From assembly GCF_001194135.2 (NCBI RefSeq), contig NC_068984.1, positions 20,515,146-20,560,039 of the forward strand: a stretch of DNA of 44,894 bases. Direction: 5' to 3'. The position numbers and the translations under genes were made by a program. This stretch comes from Octopus bimaculoides. Its lineage: Eukaryota. This document shows positions 10,936 to 22,094 of the stretch, in pieces. Positions within the stretch are counted from its first letter, which is position 1. Each line of letters begins with the position of its first letter. The notes beneath the pieces are model-generated. The model searched no databases. It had not been told where the DNA came from and saw nothing but the letters and a program-made list of their open reading frames with translations.

Positions 10936-11754
10936 CGTCCTCTTATCTTGTGACAATCAGACTGTTTTTATTTTTCCTTAATCATGTCAATTCTGAAAAA
11001 ATTCTTGATTCTTAAGATTGTTTCCCCACTTCTCATTTGATACCAATCGCCATCAAGCGGAAGTGGAAATGTAATCTCAATAAATCAATGTTATTTAATG
11101 TGTGTGTATGTGAGTGAGTGAGAGTGAATGAGAGATAGAGATAGAGAGGGAGAGAGAGAGAGATAGACAGACAGAGACAGAGACAGAGAAACAGACAGAG
11201 ACAGACAGAGAAAGAGAGAGAAATTTTCTTTATTAACCTGACCACCGCCACCGGACGTCGCCTTAAAACGAAGAGGTATGTTGAAGATGCGAAAAGTCGA
11301 CAAACAAAGGAAGTTTTGAAAGGACTTAACATATTATTCACAGAAATGTGACTTGACACAGACGAGCCAGTGTTTGAGAATGCAACAGTGCGAACAAGCG
11401 GTGAAAGAGAAAGCAAAAGAGGACGGTGATCACACACACACACACATTCACATAGTTATACAGAAAGGTGACACTGACAATAAAACTAAAGTTTATGCAC
11501 CTTAACCACATATGGATGATGGGAGTTGGGGGCTAAAGAGAAGAACATTAAATAAACACACAAGCGCAACTGTAGCAATCCAGCTGTGTAAGTTATAAGT
11601 TGATGAGTATGGCACCAGAGCTTTGTATGACGTCTTGTCAAATAACTTCCGTTTGTCCAAATACTTAAAATCTTATTCTCTTAACTTCGAATAAAACTCA
11701 TTTCCTTACATTAACACAGTTTTTTTTCTCTATTCCTCCACCCCCAAACACCAC

Positions 11755-11815
11755 CACTACCACCACCACCACCACCACCACCAAATAAACCACCACCACC
11801 ACCACCACCACCATC
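11755..11815 (+). repeat. (CAC)n microsatellite
   Basis: Direct reading. Confidence 0.9.
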
Positions 11816-12444
11816 ACTTTCATCAACACCGTTCATGATTTATATTTGTTCCATTCTTTTCGACATCAAGAGCTTTCAGTTATACGATGACATCTTTCTC
11901 TGTGTCTATCTGTATCTCTGTCTCTCTTTCCTCAACTCTCTCTTTCTCTCTCTCTCTTTAGCACACACACACACACACACACACACACATTCGCCCATCC
12001 ATGTACTGATTTTCTTTGTTATATCAGTCTGGTTTGGAAAGGCAGTTCCAGTAGCACTTTAAACCTTTCAAGATTTACGGCGTTGGAATCAGGGGCGTTA
12101 ACAGCATTATAGGGTTATCAGACAAAGCAATGCTCTGGGGTCTATACAATCCATTCATTAATAGCAGGCTACAACATACGTAGATTAGCATCGGGACACA
12201 AAACTTGAAGGATGTCTGAAGGCATAACCAGTACTGGACAACTGTCCCGTATGCCATGCCAAAAGATGATACTGGCTGAACTCATTAATTGCACTAGTGA
12301 GGTTTTCTGTATTTACTGTATCAAAATGTTGTAGTTATTTTAGTAGTTCCAGTTACCATTGACATCCCGTGGTTTTTCGGTTGAACTCAGCGTGAGCCAC
12401 AGGACCAAGGTAACATTTTGCCTCCACATTTTCAGGACCATATT

Positions 12445-12661
12445 CTTTTCTACTCTAGTCACAAGGCCCGAATTTGTGTGTGTGTGGGGGGGGGGGCAAT
12501 CGATTAGATCGACCCCAGTGCGCAACTGGTACTTAATTTATTGATCACGAAAGGATGAAAGGCAAAGTCGACCTCGGCGGAATTTGAACTCAGAACGTAA
12601 AGACAGACGAAATACCGCTAAGCATTTCGCCCGGCGTGCTCACGTTTCTGTCAGCTCGCTG
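12445..12661 (-). mobile_element. SINE family A, full length
   Basis: Reverse of the family A sequence; 15-bp TSD TTTCAGGAC(C/A)ATATT at 12430-12444 and 12662-12676. Confidence 0.9.
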
Positions 12662-12689
12662 TTTCAGGACAATATTGTACAGTGTCATA

Positions 12690-12855
12690 TGGCAGCGGTT
12701 CATCAAGCTCAGCTATGGTCAAAAGCGTTCCATCTATGACAAACTCGTCTTTTTTTGGACGCAATATACCCAAAGTGTCCTATTTTCAAAGATGGTAGGC
12801 TGTGATTTGAGAGAGATTTAGCTATTTTTTCTATCGGGTCTAGAAGACGCTTCTA
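12690..12855 (-). mobile_element. Interspersed repeat family D (SINE-like; CTAGAAATAGCAGCCAAATCTCCCTCAAATCACACCCTACCGTCTT core)
   Basis: Reverse core AAGATGGTAGGCTGTGATTTGAGAGAGATTTAGCTA; the motif recurs at least 8 times in the window. Confidence 0.65.
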
Positions 12856-12989
12856 TGTTCCTTTGTAAATTTGTCAGGCGGTAGTCTATCTATAAGATGA
12901 TGCGTGTAAGCTTGAATATGTATTCTTTCTTTCATTGTCCAGTGTGTTATTACTCTTGTTGCTGTTAACGTCGTCATCATCGTCGTCGT

Positions 12990-13170
12990 CATTGTTGCTG
13001 TTTAGCCCCAGGTCAGCTTTGACTGAACGAACCTATGATCCAATGTGTTACATCTCTGACCATCTTATTCTTTTCCTTTCAGACTTTGTAGACATAGTAC
13101 TACATTATCTAATATTTCCTACATTTCTGAAACTGTAAGTTATTATTTGAGGAGAAAATTGGCTACTGTT
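12990..13170 (-). mobile_element. Repeat family D copy
   Basis: GTTGCTGTTTAGCCCCAGGTCAG...CCTATGATC is the reverse of the family D tail (CCTGGGGCTAAACAACAAC). Confidence 0.6.
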
Positions 13171-13887
13171 GAGCGACAACTGGGGTGGGAAAGGGGGACA
13201 AGGTGGACTTAGTCAAAGTGAGAAAGTTGTTTGTTTTTCTGCAATTATTTATGCTCGTGTTCATTCTACCTCAACAACGCTTGGGATTAATGACATCACC
13301 GAGACTGATGTTATTTTTGTTTATATATATTCTTCGTATATTTATTTATCTTTTTTCTTTTATCTTTTACTTGTTTCAGTCATTAGACTGCGGCCATGCT
13401 GGGCACCTCCTTGTAAAAAATAAGACTTGCGTCGGCAGTGTTCTTGAGATAGTGTTATTGTTTGTAATGTTTTAGTGTTTTGTGAACATGGCTGTTTTTA
13501 GGAGTGATTGAATATGTAACGCCAAGGATTAGATAGGCTGAAGCCCAGAGTCCTTTGGGACGCGGTGATATCACTTCAAAACTTTGGGCTTAACCTTGTC
13601 GTCATTACATAGTTTCATGAGAGACCTGATCAAAATGCAATGATCAAAAAGTAATCCCATCTGTGACACATTTTATGCTTTTGTGTATTCTATTGTCCAT
13701 TGTGACCACCCCTCGATCATCGCTTATTTCTAAAGACGGCTGAGTATAACTGCAGTGAGATTTGGCCACTATATGTCATTAGTACACAGATTATGTAGAA
13801 GCCTTTGTACATAGATCCTCATGACTGTTGACTCTGAGACTCAGCATTGCACTTTAATGTAGAACTCATTAATTAACAACGTTTCTA

Positions 13888-14262
13888 TTATTACCTACGC
13901 CTTAGCGAAAGCAGAGGTATTGTTTTCAGTCGTGTTTGTTTCTCTGTCCGTGGACAAGATATCTCAAGAACCACCGGGTGGATTCAGATGAAACTTTCCG
14001 GGATGTTTGGCCTCGTGACGGGCACGACCTGATTCGATTTTGGGATCGATCCGGTACCAGACAAGGATTTTGCATTATTTTTCCGTTTTGTTTTTTTTTT
14101 ACTTTATTTTTGAGAGCGGTCGGGTTCATGTTTAGTATTCTCGTTTCTCAGAGCAGTCGAGTTATTTTAGATATTTTCATTTTAAAAATCATCTCTGGCT
14201 AATCGTTGAGAGGACGTTGGTGTTGTCTTGGCGAGGGTTTGCGCTCTCTGAGGGCTCTTGTT
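13888..14262 (+). mobile_element. Non-autonomous Helentron/HINE-like element
   Basis: Subterminal inverted repeats ACCTACGCC (13893) and GGCGAGGGT (14230); 3' hairpin GCGCTC-TCT-GAGGGC then CTTGTT; TT at both ends; no TSD seen. This is the DINE-1/HINE architecture. Confidence 0.7.
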
Positions 14263-14394
14263 ATGATTGTTCTTTATATCATTCTTTGTGCAATATCTTT
14301 TATCTTTTGCTTGTTTCAAACATAGGACTGCGACCATGCTGGGGCATCGCCTTGAAAGGTTTAGTCGAACAAATCTATCGCAGTACTAATTTTT

Positions 14395-14672
14395 TAACCT
14401 ATTTTACGTAGGATATGGGCATTTCCTATGAGCACTATCTTTTGAATTTCTGCCATTTTGGAGTTTCCTGGTATCTGAGCTAGTTAGCAATCAGCCCCTT
14501 TTGCTATCATTCCCAGGGCACCTATAATAACAGGTATTGTTTGAGTCTTGAGGTTCCACATGTTGCCAGTTTCTATTTCAAGATCTTTATACTTGTTCAG
14601 TTTTTGGTAGGTCTTGACAGATACGTTTATATCGATTGGGACAGTCATATCAATGAGGAGGCATGATTTTTG

Positions 14673-14677
<5 letters not shown>
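14395..14677 (-). pseudogene. R4/Dong-like RLE LINE 3' fragment (subfamily 2)
   Basis: Not in the ORF track. KQKSCLLIDMTVPIDINVSVKTYQKLNKYKDLEIETGNMWNLKTQTIPVIIGALGMIAKGADC*LAQIPGNSKMAEIQKIVLIGNAHILRK, one in-frame stop; 5' end fused to (AAT)n. Confidence 0.85.
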
Positions 14678-14747
<70 letters not shown>

Positions 14748-14770
14748 TTAATATTATTATTATTATTATT
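14677..14770 (+). repeat. (TAT)n microsatellite
   Basis: Direct reading. Confidence 0.95.
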
Positions 14771-15385
14771 GCCTTTGAACAGCTTCTAAAGCTGGAGATG
14801 TACTACGGTGTCAGCTGTTCACCACCAGTGAACTAAGGTAACACTTCTTATTTTTCGAGCACCTTTCGGAGTATTCGAGCGGTTCCAAGCAGTGCTGTTT
14901 TCTGCAAGTGCTTCACCCTTATTGCAGCCCCTATTTGTTCTATGTACTTCTCAAGATTTTTACGCACTGTTCCCAGGGCTCCAACAATTACTGGTATCTT
15001 TACTACCACCTTTTTCATCGATCGCAACTGCTTAACCTCCCAAGCTAACCTGTCATATCTCTCGACTTTTCTTTCTTCCATATCGCATATTTTGTTGTCA
15101 GCTGCGCATACTATATCTATGATCCAGCATAGTTTGCTTTCTTTCTCAATTAAGACTATGTCGGGCTTCCTATTCTCTATCTCATGGTCGCACTGAATCA
15201 TAAAATCCCACAGGATCTTTGCATTATCATTTTCGATTATGCATTCGGGTTTGTGGTCGTACCAATTTTTTGCTCTGCCAAGTCCATACTTGTTGCAAAG
15301 TGTCCAATGGGCAAGCCTTGCTATATTGTCGTGGCGTCTCTTATATTCCTTCTGGGCTAGTGGCGTACATTGGTTGGTAATGTGC
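14771..15385 (-). mobile_element. R4/Dong-like RLE LINE, 5'-truncated, with intact 3' UTR and (AAT)n tail (subfamily 1)
   Basis: Uninterrupted frame from 15384 to 14848: HITNQC (end of CCHC knuckle), PLAQKEYKRRHDNIARLAHW, KILWDFMIQCDHEIENRKPDIVLIEK..CWIIDI (RLE PD-D core), IPVIVGALG, LQKTALLGTARILRKVL; then about 75 bp of UTR and (AAT)n. Confidence 0.9.
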
Positions 15386-15443
15386 CATTATTATTATTAT
15401 TATTATTATTATGATTAATATTATTATTATTATTATTATTATT

Positions 15444-15481
<38 letters not shown>

Positions 15482-15516
15482 CGTCGTCGTCGTCATCATC
15501 ATCATCATCATCATCA

Positions 15517-15581
<65 letters not shown>
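15386..15581 (+). repeat. Compound microsatellite (TAT)n-(TGT)n-(CGT)n-(CAT)n-(TAT)n
   Basis: Direct reading. Confidence 0.95.
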
Positions 15582-16140
15582 TAGTGAGAGAGAAGTGCAT
15601 GCCATCAAAGAGACACTGGGGTAAAACATATGAAGCCCAGTATACCCATCATAGCTAACCATCTGATAAGAGCACACCAGGCACATGTATCACGAACATA
15701 TGTGCGCGACATGATGATCTCACATCAAGAGAAACAGCAAGAGCTTGCAGGTAGGGCCCAGTTAGAATTTTCTTCGGGTTGAGTAGTCCCTCCCGCGCAA
15801 AAGGTCCTGGATGAAGGGTTGTTTAAAGATGCTGAATGAAACACCCATGTTTCCAGAGATGACTTATCCAACCCCCAAAGAATTTCTCTCAACACATGGC
15901 TGTGATGCTCCCCGACTACTTCTGTGCGTGATTAGAAACGCACATATTGTCAGTCACTAAACGACATGCTCAATTGGTTAAGGTCAAACAGGTGACAAGC
16001 AAATGTGTGGTATTGAGCAGAATATTTGCTGTAGCCCATCTTTTATACCAAGACAAAGCATGTACATGATAACACTTCCAATCAGTTAAGATCAGAAGCC
16101 ATGAGAGCCACTGTCTCCAGTCAGTTAAGATCAGAAGCCG
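15582..16140 (-). mobile_element. Putative non-coding non-autonomous retroelement with (AAT)n tail
   Basis: 560 bp of complex sequence with no recognisable ORF, ending (minus strand) in (AAT)n; 19-bp direct repeat TCAGTTAAGATCAGAAGCC (16082-16100, 16121-16139) at its other end. Repeat status is inferred. Confidence 0.5.
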
Positions 16141-16149
16141 CTTATTATT

Positions 16150-16338
16150 TAGAGTGCGAGCTGGCAGAACCGTTAACAGGCCGGACAAAATGCTTAGCGG
16201 CATTTTGTCCGTCTATACGTTCTGAGTTCAAATTCCACCGAGATCGACTTAGCCTTTCATTCTTTTGGGGTCGATAAGTACCAGTTGAACACTGGAGTCG
16301 ATGTGATCGACTCATCCCCTTCCCCAAAATTTGAAGCC
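16150..16338 (+). mobile_element. SINE family A
   Basis: GCGAGCTGGCAGAACCGTT...GAGTTCAAATTCC...; followed by (TAT)n. Confidence 0.85.
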
Positions 16339-16392
<54 letters not shown>

Positions 16393-16465
16393 TAGTTTTA
16401 TATTTATAACGTGCTTTCACTTCACTACCGAGCGCAGCTCTGTGTGCCTTGGGTATGTGCTGTGG

Positions 16466-16516
<51 letters not shown>

Positions 16517-16730
16517 TAGGGAGCGAGCTGTCAGATCCGTTAACACGTCGAACAAAATGCTTAGCGGCATTTCGCCCGTCTTTAGTTCAGAGTTCAGATT
16601 CAGCTGAGGTCGGCTTTTCAATTCATCCTTTCGGGATTGATAAAATAAGTACCAGTTGAACACTTGGGTAAATGTAATCAACTTAATCCCTACCTCGAAC
16701 TTACTGACCTTGTGCCAAAATTTGAAACCA
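16517..16730 (+). mobile_element. SINE family A
   Basis: Same head, core and tail; flanked on both sides by (TAT)n. Confidence 0.85.
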
Positions 16731-18251
16731 TTATTATTATTGTTGTTGCTGTTGTTGCTATGTAATTGTGATGGTAGGATACTTGCGACTCTTAAATTTC
16801 AAATTTGGATTATCTGATATATCAAATTTCTCTAAATTATCTCCCTTATATACAGTTTTTGCTCTCGTCCGAGTTATGTCCCTTGTTTGTTTCTATTTTT
16901 TTTTTTTTTCTTTCTTTCTCTGGAAATGGCCCAAACTATATAAACTTTCCTCTGAAGACATAGACGTTGAAAGGAATGGAATAACCTATTCAAAATTACA
17001 GAGTGAAATCTTTCGAGAAAGTGCACAGGATCGAGAAAAATAAATTATCAAACATTCATAAATAAATATTAAATTTAAAGCTAATAAGCTATTTGCGATC
17101 CAAATTCTAATAAGGAAAAAAAAAAAGAAAAAACATGTAAACAAATAACATATTTATATTTTGTTTGTATCAATTGAAAGTAAAAAAAAAATATCACGTA
17201 TATTTAGGAAACTATAGTGTTGCAAAATGCTCATAAATGCATAANNNNNNNNNNNNNNNNNNNNNNNNNNNNNNNNNNNNNNNNNNNNNNNNNNNNNNNN
17301 NNNNNNNNNNNNNNNNNNNNNNNNNNNNNNNNNNNNNNNNNNNNNNNNNNNNNNNNNNNNNNNNNNNNNNNNNNNNNNNNNNNNNNNNNNNNNNNNNNNN
17401 NNNNNNNNNNNNNNNNNNNNNNNNNNNNNNNNNNNNNNNNNNNNNNNNNNNNNNNNNNNNNNNNNNNNNNNNNNNNNNNNNNNNNNNNNNNNNNNNNNNN
17501 NNNNNNNNNNNNNNNNNNNNNNNNNNNNNNNNNNNNNNNNNNNNNNNNNNNNNNNNNNNNNNNNNNNNNNNNNNNNNNNNNNNNNNNNNNNNNNNNNNNN
17601 NNNNNNNNNNNNNNNNNNNNNNNNNNNNNNNNNNNNNNNNNNNNNNNNNNNNNNNNNNNNNNNNNNNNNNNNNNNNNNNNNNNNNNNNNNNNNNNNNNNN
17701 NNNNNNNNNNNNNNNNNNNNNNNNNNNNNNNNNNNNNNNNNNNNNNNNNNNNNNNNNNNNNNNNNNNNNNNNNNNNNNNNNNNNNNNNNNNNNNNNNNNN
17801 NNNNNNNNNNNNNNNNNNNNNNNNNNNNNNNNNNNNNNNNNNNNNNNNNNNNNNNNNNNNNNNNNNNNNNNNNNNNNNNNNNNNNNNNNNNNNNNNNNNN
17901 NNNNNNNNNNNNNNNNNNNNNNNNNNNNNNNNNNNNNNNNNNNNNNNNNNNNNNNNNNNNNNNNNNNNNNNNNNNNNNNNNNNNNNNNNNNNNNNNNNNN
18001 NNNNNNNNNNNNNNNNNNNNNNNNNNNNNNNNNNNNNNNNNNNNNNNNNNNNNNNNNNNNNNNNNNNNNNNNNNNNNNNNNNNNNNNNNNNNNNNNNNNN
18101 NNNNNNNNNNNNNNNNNNNNNNNNNNNNNNNNNNNNNNNNNNNNNNNNNNNNNNNNNNNNNNNNNNNNNNNNNNNNNCCTCCCAAAAAGAAAAGCTCTAC
18201 ATTGTATTTGTCCCATCTTCGTTGAGCCCTGTGTGGTTAATAAAAGAAATG

Positions 18252-18302
<51 letters not shown>

Positions 18303-18374
18303 TTGTCTGTCTGTCTGTCTGTCTGTCTGCCTGTCTGTCTGCCTGTCTGTCTGTCTGTCTGTCTGTATGTATGT

Positions 18375-18515
18375 AGTAGGAAGCTTGGTTGCCAACCACA
18401 TGTTTCTGGGTTCAGTCCACTGCGTGGCACCCTGGGCAAGTTTCTTCTACTCTAGCCTCGAGACGACCAAAGCCTTGTGAGTGGATTTGGAAGACGGAAA
18501 CTGAAAGAAGCCCAT

Positions 18516-18550
<35 letters not shown>

Positions 18551-18812
18551 GTGTGTGTGTGTGTGTGTGTGTGTGAGTATATCTGTGTGTGTGTCTTTGT
18601 GTCTATGTTCTCCCCCCATCACTGCTTGACAACCGGTACTGGTGTGTTTACGTCCCCGAAACTTGGTGGTTCAGCAAAAAAAGGCCGAAAGAATAAATAC
18701 TAGGCTTACAAAGAATAAGTCCTTGGGTCGATTTCTTCGACTAAAAAACCCTTTAAGATGATGTTCCAGCATGGCCGCAGTCAAATGACTGAAACAAGTA
18801 AAAGAATAAAAG
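18375..18812 (+). mobile_element. SINE family B (tRNA head, CORE-like block, internal TA/GT microsatellite)
   Basis: GGGTTCAGTCCACTGCGTGGCACCCTGGGCAAGTTTCTTCT...GACGGAAACTGAAAGAAGCCC, internal microsatellite, then the conserved 3' half ending AAAAGAATAAAAG. Confidence 0.85.
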
Positions 18813-18813
18813 A

Positions 18814-18850
<37 letters not shown>

Positions 18851-19323
18851 CGTGTGCGAGCGCGTGCATGTGCATTTGTGTTTGTGTGTGTATAATAGAT
18901 TTGTTTGTGTGAGCGTGTACGTTTAACCATCTCCCGCTTCTTCATACTTTCAAATCCCATACTCCTCTCTCTTAAATAAACAAACGGCACATCCGGCACA
19001 CTTGTCAGTGGTATATATTAGTTCCAAGAACACAGGTTGGCCAAGGCTAAAATGCTTTTGGTCAGAGGTCTTCTAGATCAGAGAGAGTTACTCTGAGACT
19101 GATCAGCAGCAAGGTTATTCAAACGAATCCATCATCTTTCCACATTTAGTCGCTATTTCTGGTAGGTCAGGCAACGTGGTTGCAAGAAATAGCTACTCAA
19201 ACGATCCCTTGCCGTCTTGGAACCAATGAAAAGACTAAATGGTCTTGACTGGGTTGTCTTTGATCATAAGTCAGGCTTTATCTACGGCTAAGTAACAGCA
19301 ACAACACTCAAATTGTATCATCG

Positions 19324-19418
<95 letters not shown>

Positions 19419-19740
19419 CTTGTTTCAATCATTGGACTGCCGCCATGCTGGAGTCCCACCTTTAAGGATTTACTCGACCAAATCACAAGAACTTATTTTT
19501 TGGCAAAACTTGGAACTTCTGTGTCATTTTGTAGAACCCCGTGTTTACGGTGACGTAAACAAACCAACACCAATTGTCAAGAGGGTGGGGGACAAACACG
19601 AACAAATACACACAGACATACACTCATACGATGAGCTTTTCAGTTTCCATCTACCAAACCGACTTAGAAGGTTTTGGTTAGCCTGCAGCTATACTACAAG
19701 ACACTTAACCAAGTCGCCACGCAATTGGACTGAATCCGGG
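19419..19740 (-). mobile_element. SINE family B
   Basis: Reverse of the family B tail and head. Confidence 0.8.
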
Positions 19741-19925
19741 ACATACATACATCCGGGACACACAGACACAGACACAGACACAGACTCAGACAGACAGACA
19801 TACACACACACACACACACACAAATATATATATCTTTACAAAGACAAATATTCACATACAGAGTATATGTGTGCGTGTGTGCGTGTGTATGTGTGTGTAT
19901 GTGTGCGTGTGTGTATGTGTGTGTG

Positions 19926-19959
<34 letters not shown>

Positions 19960-20095
19960 TGCCTGTCTGTCTGTGTCTGTGTGTCTGTCTGTCTGTGTCT
20001 GTGTGTCCCGGATGTATGTATGTCCCGGATTCAGTCCAATTGCGTGGCGACTTGGCTAAGTGTCTTGTAGTATAGCTGCAGGCTAACCAAAACCT
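19669..20095. repeat. Local inverted duplication, 106-bp arms with 1 mismatch
   Basis: 19669-19774 is the reverse complement of 19990-20095 except A19708 versus C20056. Confidence 0.95.
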
Positions 20096-20321
20096 GATGT
20101 GTGTGTGTGTGTGTGTGCGTGTGTGTGTGTGTGTAATTTAAAATTGATTGTTTGATTGACACGAGGGTGAAGTGTTCGGGGCGTCGGTCAAAATATCAGC
20201 AATATTTGGTTACAATGGTTCAAATCCTGATCTGGTTAAATTTGCCTTTCTTTCTTAGGAGTGAGGTCAATAAAATAATGAATCAGCCACATATTACAGA
20301 CGATTTAATGTGCATATAAAA

Positions 20322-20691
20322 CAGGGTTTGGCAAAATTCTTATATCATTGAACACTTCATGGAATTGTTGATAACTTATTGACCCTGTCGTGTAAATTTC
20401 TAAATTAAAGTATAATTAACAATGTATATAATCAATACAAAACGTTTCATGATTTAAAAACAATAATTTCTTCGTTGTTTTGTTTCATTAACGTTTTTTA
20501 ATGAGAAATATTTCATCGATAATTGGCTGGAAATTAATGAATTTTTAACCTTAAATTACTTCATTCTATCAGATTCAGTTCTCTAAAAATTCAGTACCCT
20601 TAATACACAAAAGCACCACAAGTGCTTATGAATCCCTTGGATATCTCCATAGACCCGCAGAGGTTAATAGTGACCGCTTTGCCGACCCCTG
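20322..20691. mobile_element. hAT (Charlie-like) MITE
   Basis: TIR CAGGGTTTGGCAAA / TTTGCCGACCCCTG (12/14); 8-bp TSD ATATAAAA / CTATAAAT (6/8). Confidence 0.7.
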
Positions 20692-21020
20692 CTATAAATC
20701 ATCCAAACCAGCAGTAAGATATATTGAAGTAAACAGAATTGTCATATACGGGAGCTTGACTCAACAGGAAGAGCTTATATCCAACGAGGTATGTTACCTT
20801 AATGTCATCTCAAAGAATTCCCCATGCAGATCTTTTACTCGCAACTACGTGAAAGTGCGAAGGAAATGTAGTCGAACTCACCTGTGCTATGAAAATTAAC
20901 ATAAAGTTAGACCTGAAATATTGAAATATATCTGATGTAAATTTCAGTGTCATAGACAGCCATATTTCATAGGAAGGATGTTTGGAGGGTATTGTTTAAA
21001 TGACTATGAAAGATAAACAG

Positions 21021-21068
<48 letters not shown>

Positions 21069-21394
21069 NNNNNNNNNNNNNNNNNNNNNNNNNNGGGGGG
21101 GGGGTGAATGGAATTATAATGGAAGACTGTCAGTAGAGCGAGTTCCGTTTGACATCCTATTCCAGTCTTTCGCAGAACTGTGTCATAGAGCTAAAATAGT
21201 AAATTGATGTTATTTTTCCTTCTATTGTTACGTGCAACACCCTATTGCGATGCTGTGCAGATCATCAGGTTTTCTGTAAATCATAGCGATCCATAGAAAA
21301 TAAATTGGCTTTAACAAATAATCAAAAGCCAGGTAACAGTTTCAGCTCAAGAACTTATTCGCTGTTCTACACTGTTCCCTTATGATATAATCCC

Positions 21395-21870
21395 GATACG
21401 ATCGCTCGACCTGTTACAATTAATGGCCAGATTATTCCTCAAATCATATCCTACCGTTTTAAAAAGGAAGGACACATTAAACAGTATAGATTTACATATA
21501 CAAACCAAAGGCGTAACCAAGTTCTAAAGTTAGGGAGAGTGAGCACATAAAAAAAAGGTGTCGTGACTTATACCAAATAAATTTCAATTAATTTCCTTTA
21601 TATTAGATGAAATTTTTCATTAGTTTATAGTATACGTAATTGTATTCTACATTCATTAATTTTATGTTTCAGTAACTATGTCATTTTGCATGAAACTTAC
21701 TTACAATTACAAAGAGTTAAAAAATTTGTTCAAACGGTGCCAATTTTGAAAAATGTACTCACTGAGAGCGGTCACTCGCCTTGCTCCCCTATTTGCAACG
21801 CCACTGATACAAACTGATGCCTGGAACGCCTTTGATTATAAGTTTGCTCGATCACATCTGAATTTATGCT
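21395..21870 (+). mobile_element. Repeat family D copy interrupted by a MITE
   Basis: TCGCTCGACCTG...TCAAATCATATCCTACCGTTTT before the MITE and GGAACGCCTTTGATTATAAG...GCTCGATCA after it. Confidence 0.65.
21506..21806. mobile_element. hAT-type MITE
   Basis: Perfect 8-bp TSD ATACAAAC (21498-21505 and 21807-21814); degenerate TIR CAAAGGCGTAACCA / TTGCAACGCCACTG. Confidence 0.75.
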
Positions 21871-22094
21871 AAATATCAATAAATGTATCGGTGTGGTGAG
21901 TGCAGTAGAACAATGAGACGGAACCAGCAAACAAAACACTCATACGTTCTCTGTTCTTATAGTTACAATTCTATATTTTAACCTTCTCTAAAATGTCTTG
22001 TAAAAACGAAATCAATGTTACGATGTTAAAAATGTTTAGAAATGTGTCCACAACATTATACTGGGAGTGGTTGAATAGGTTCAAGCAATTTGTA

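Noticed and set aside
12075-12330. Faint RTE-like words (LSRMP..KMILAEL)
   Set aside because: Too degenerate to call without a profile search.
12350-12770. About 60-codon minus-strand frame that appears after removing the SINE at 12445
   Set aside because: Its first half is a family D repeat, so the open frame is coincidental.
17154-18455. Longest ORFs in the track (330-412 aa)
   Set aside because: They are mostly X from a 934-bp N gap; the same holds for all ORFs spanning gaps.
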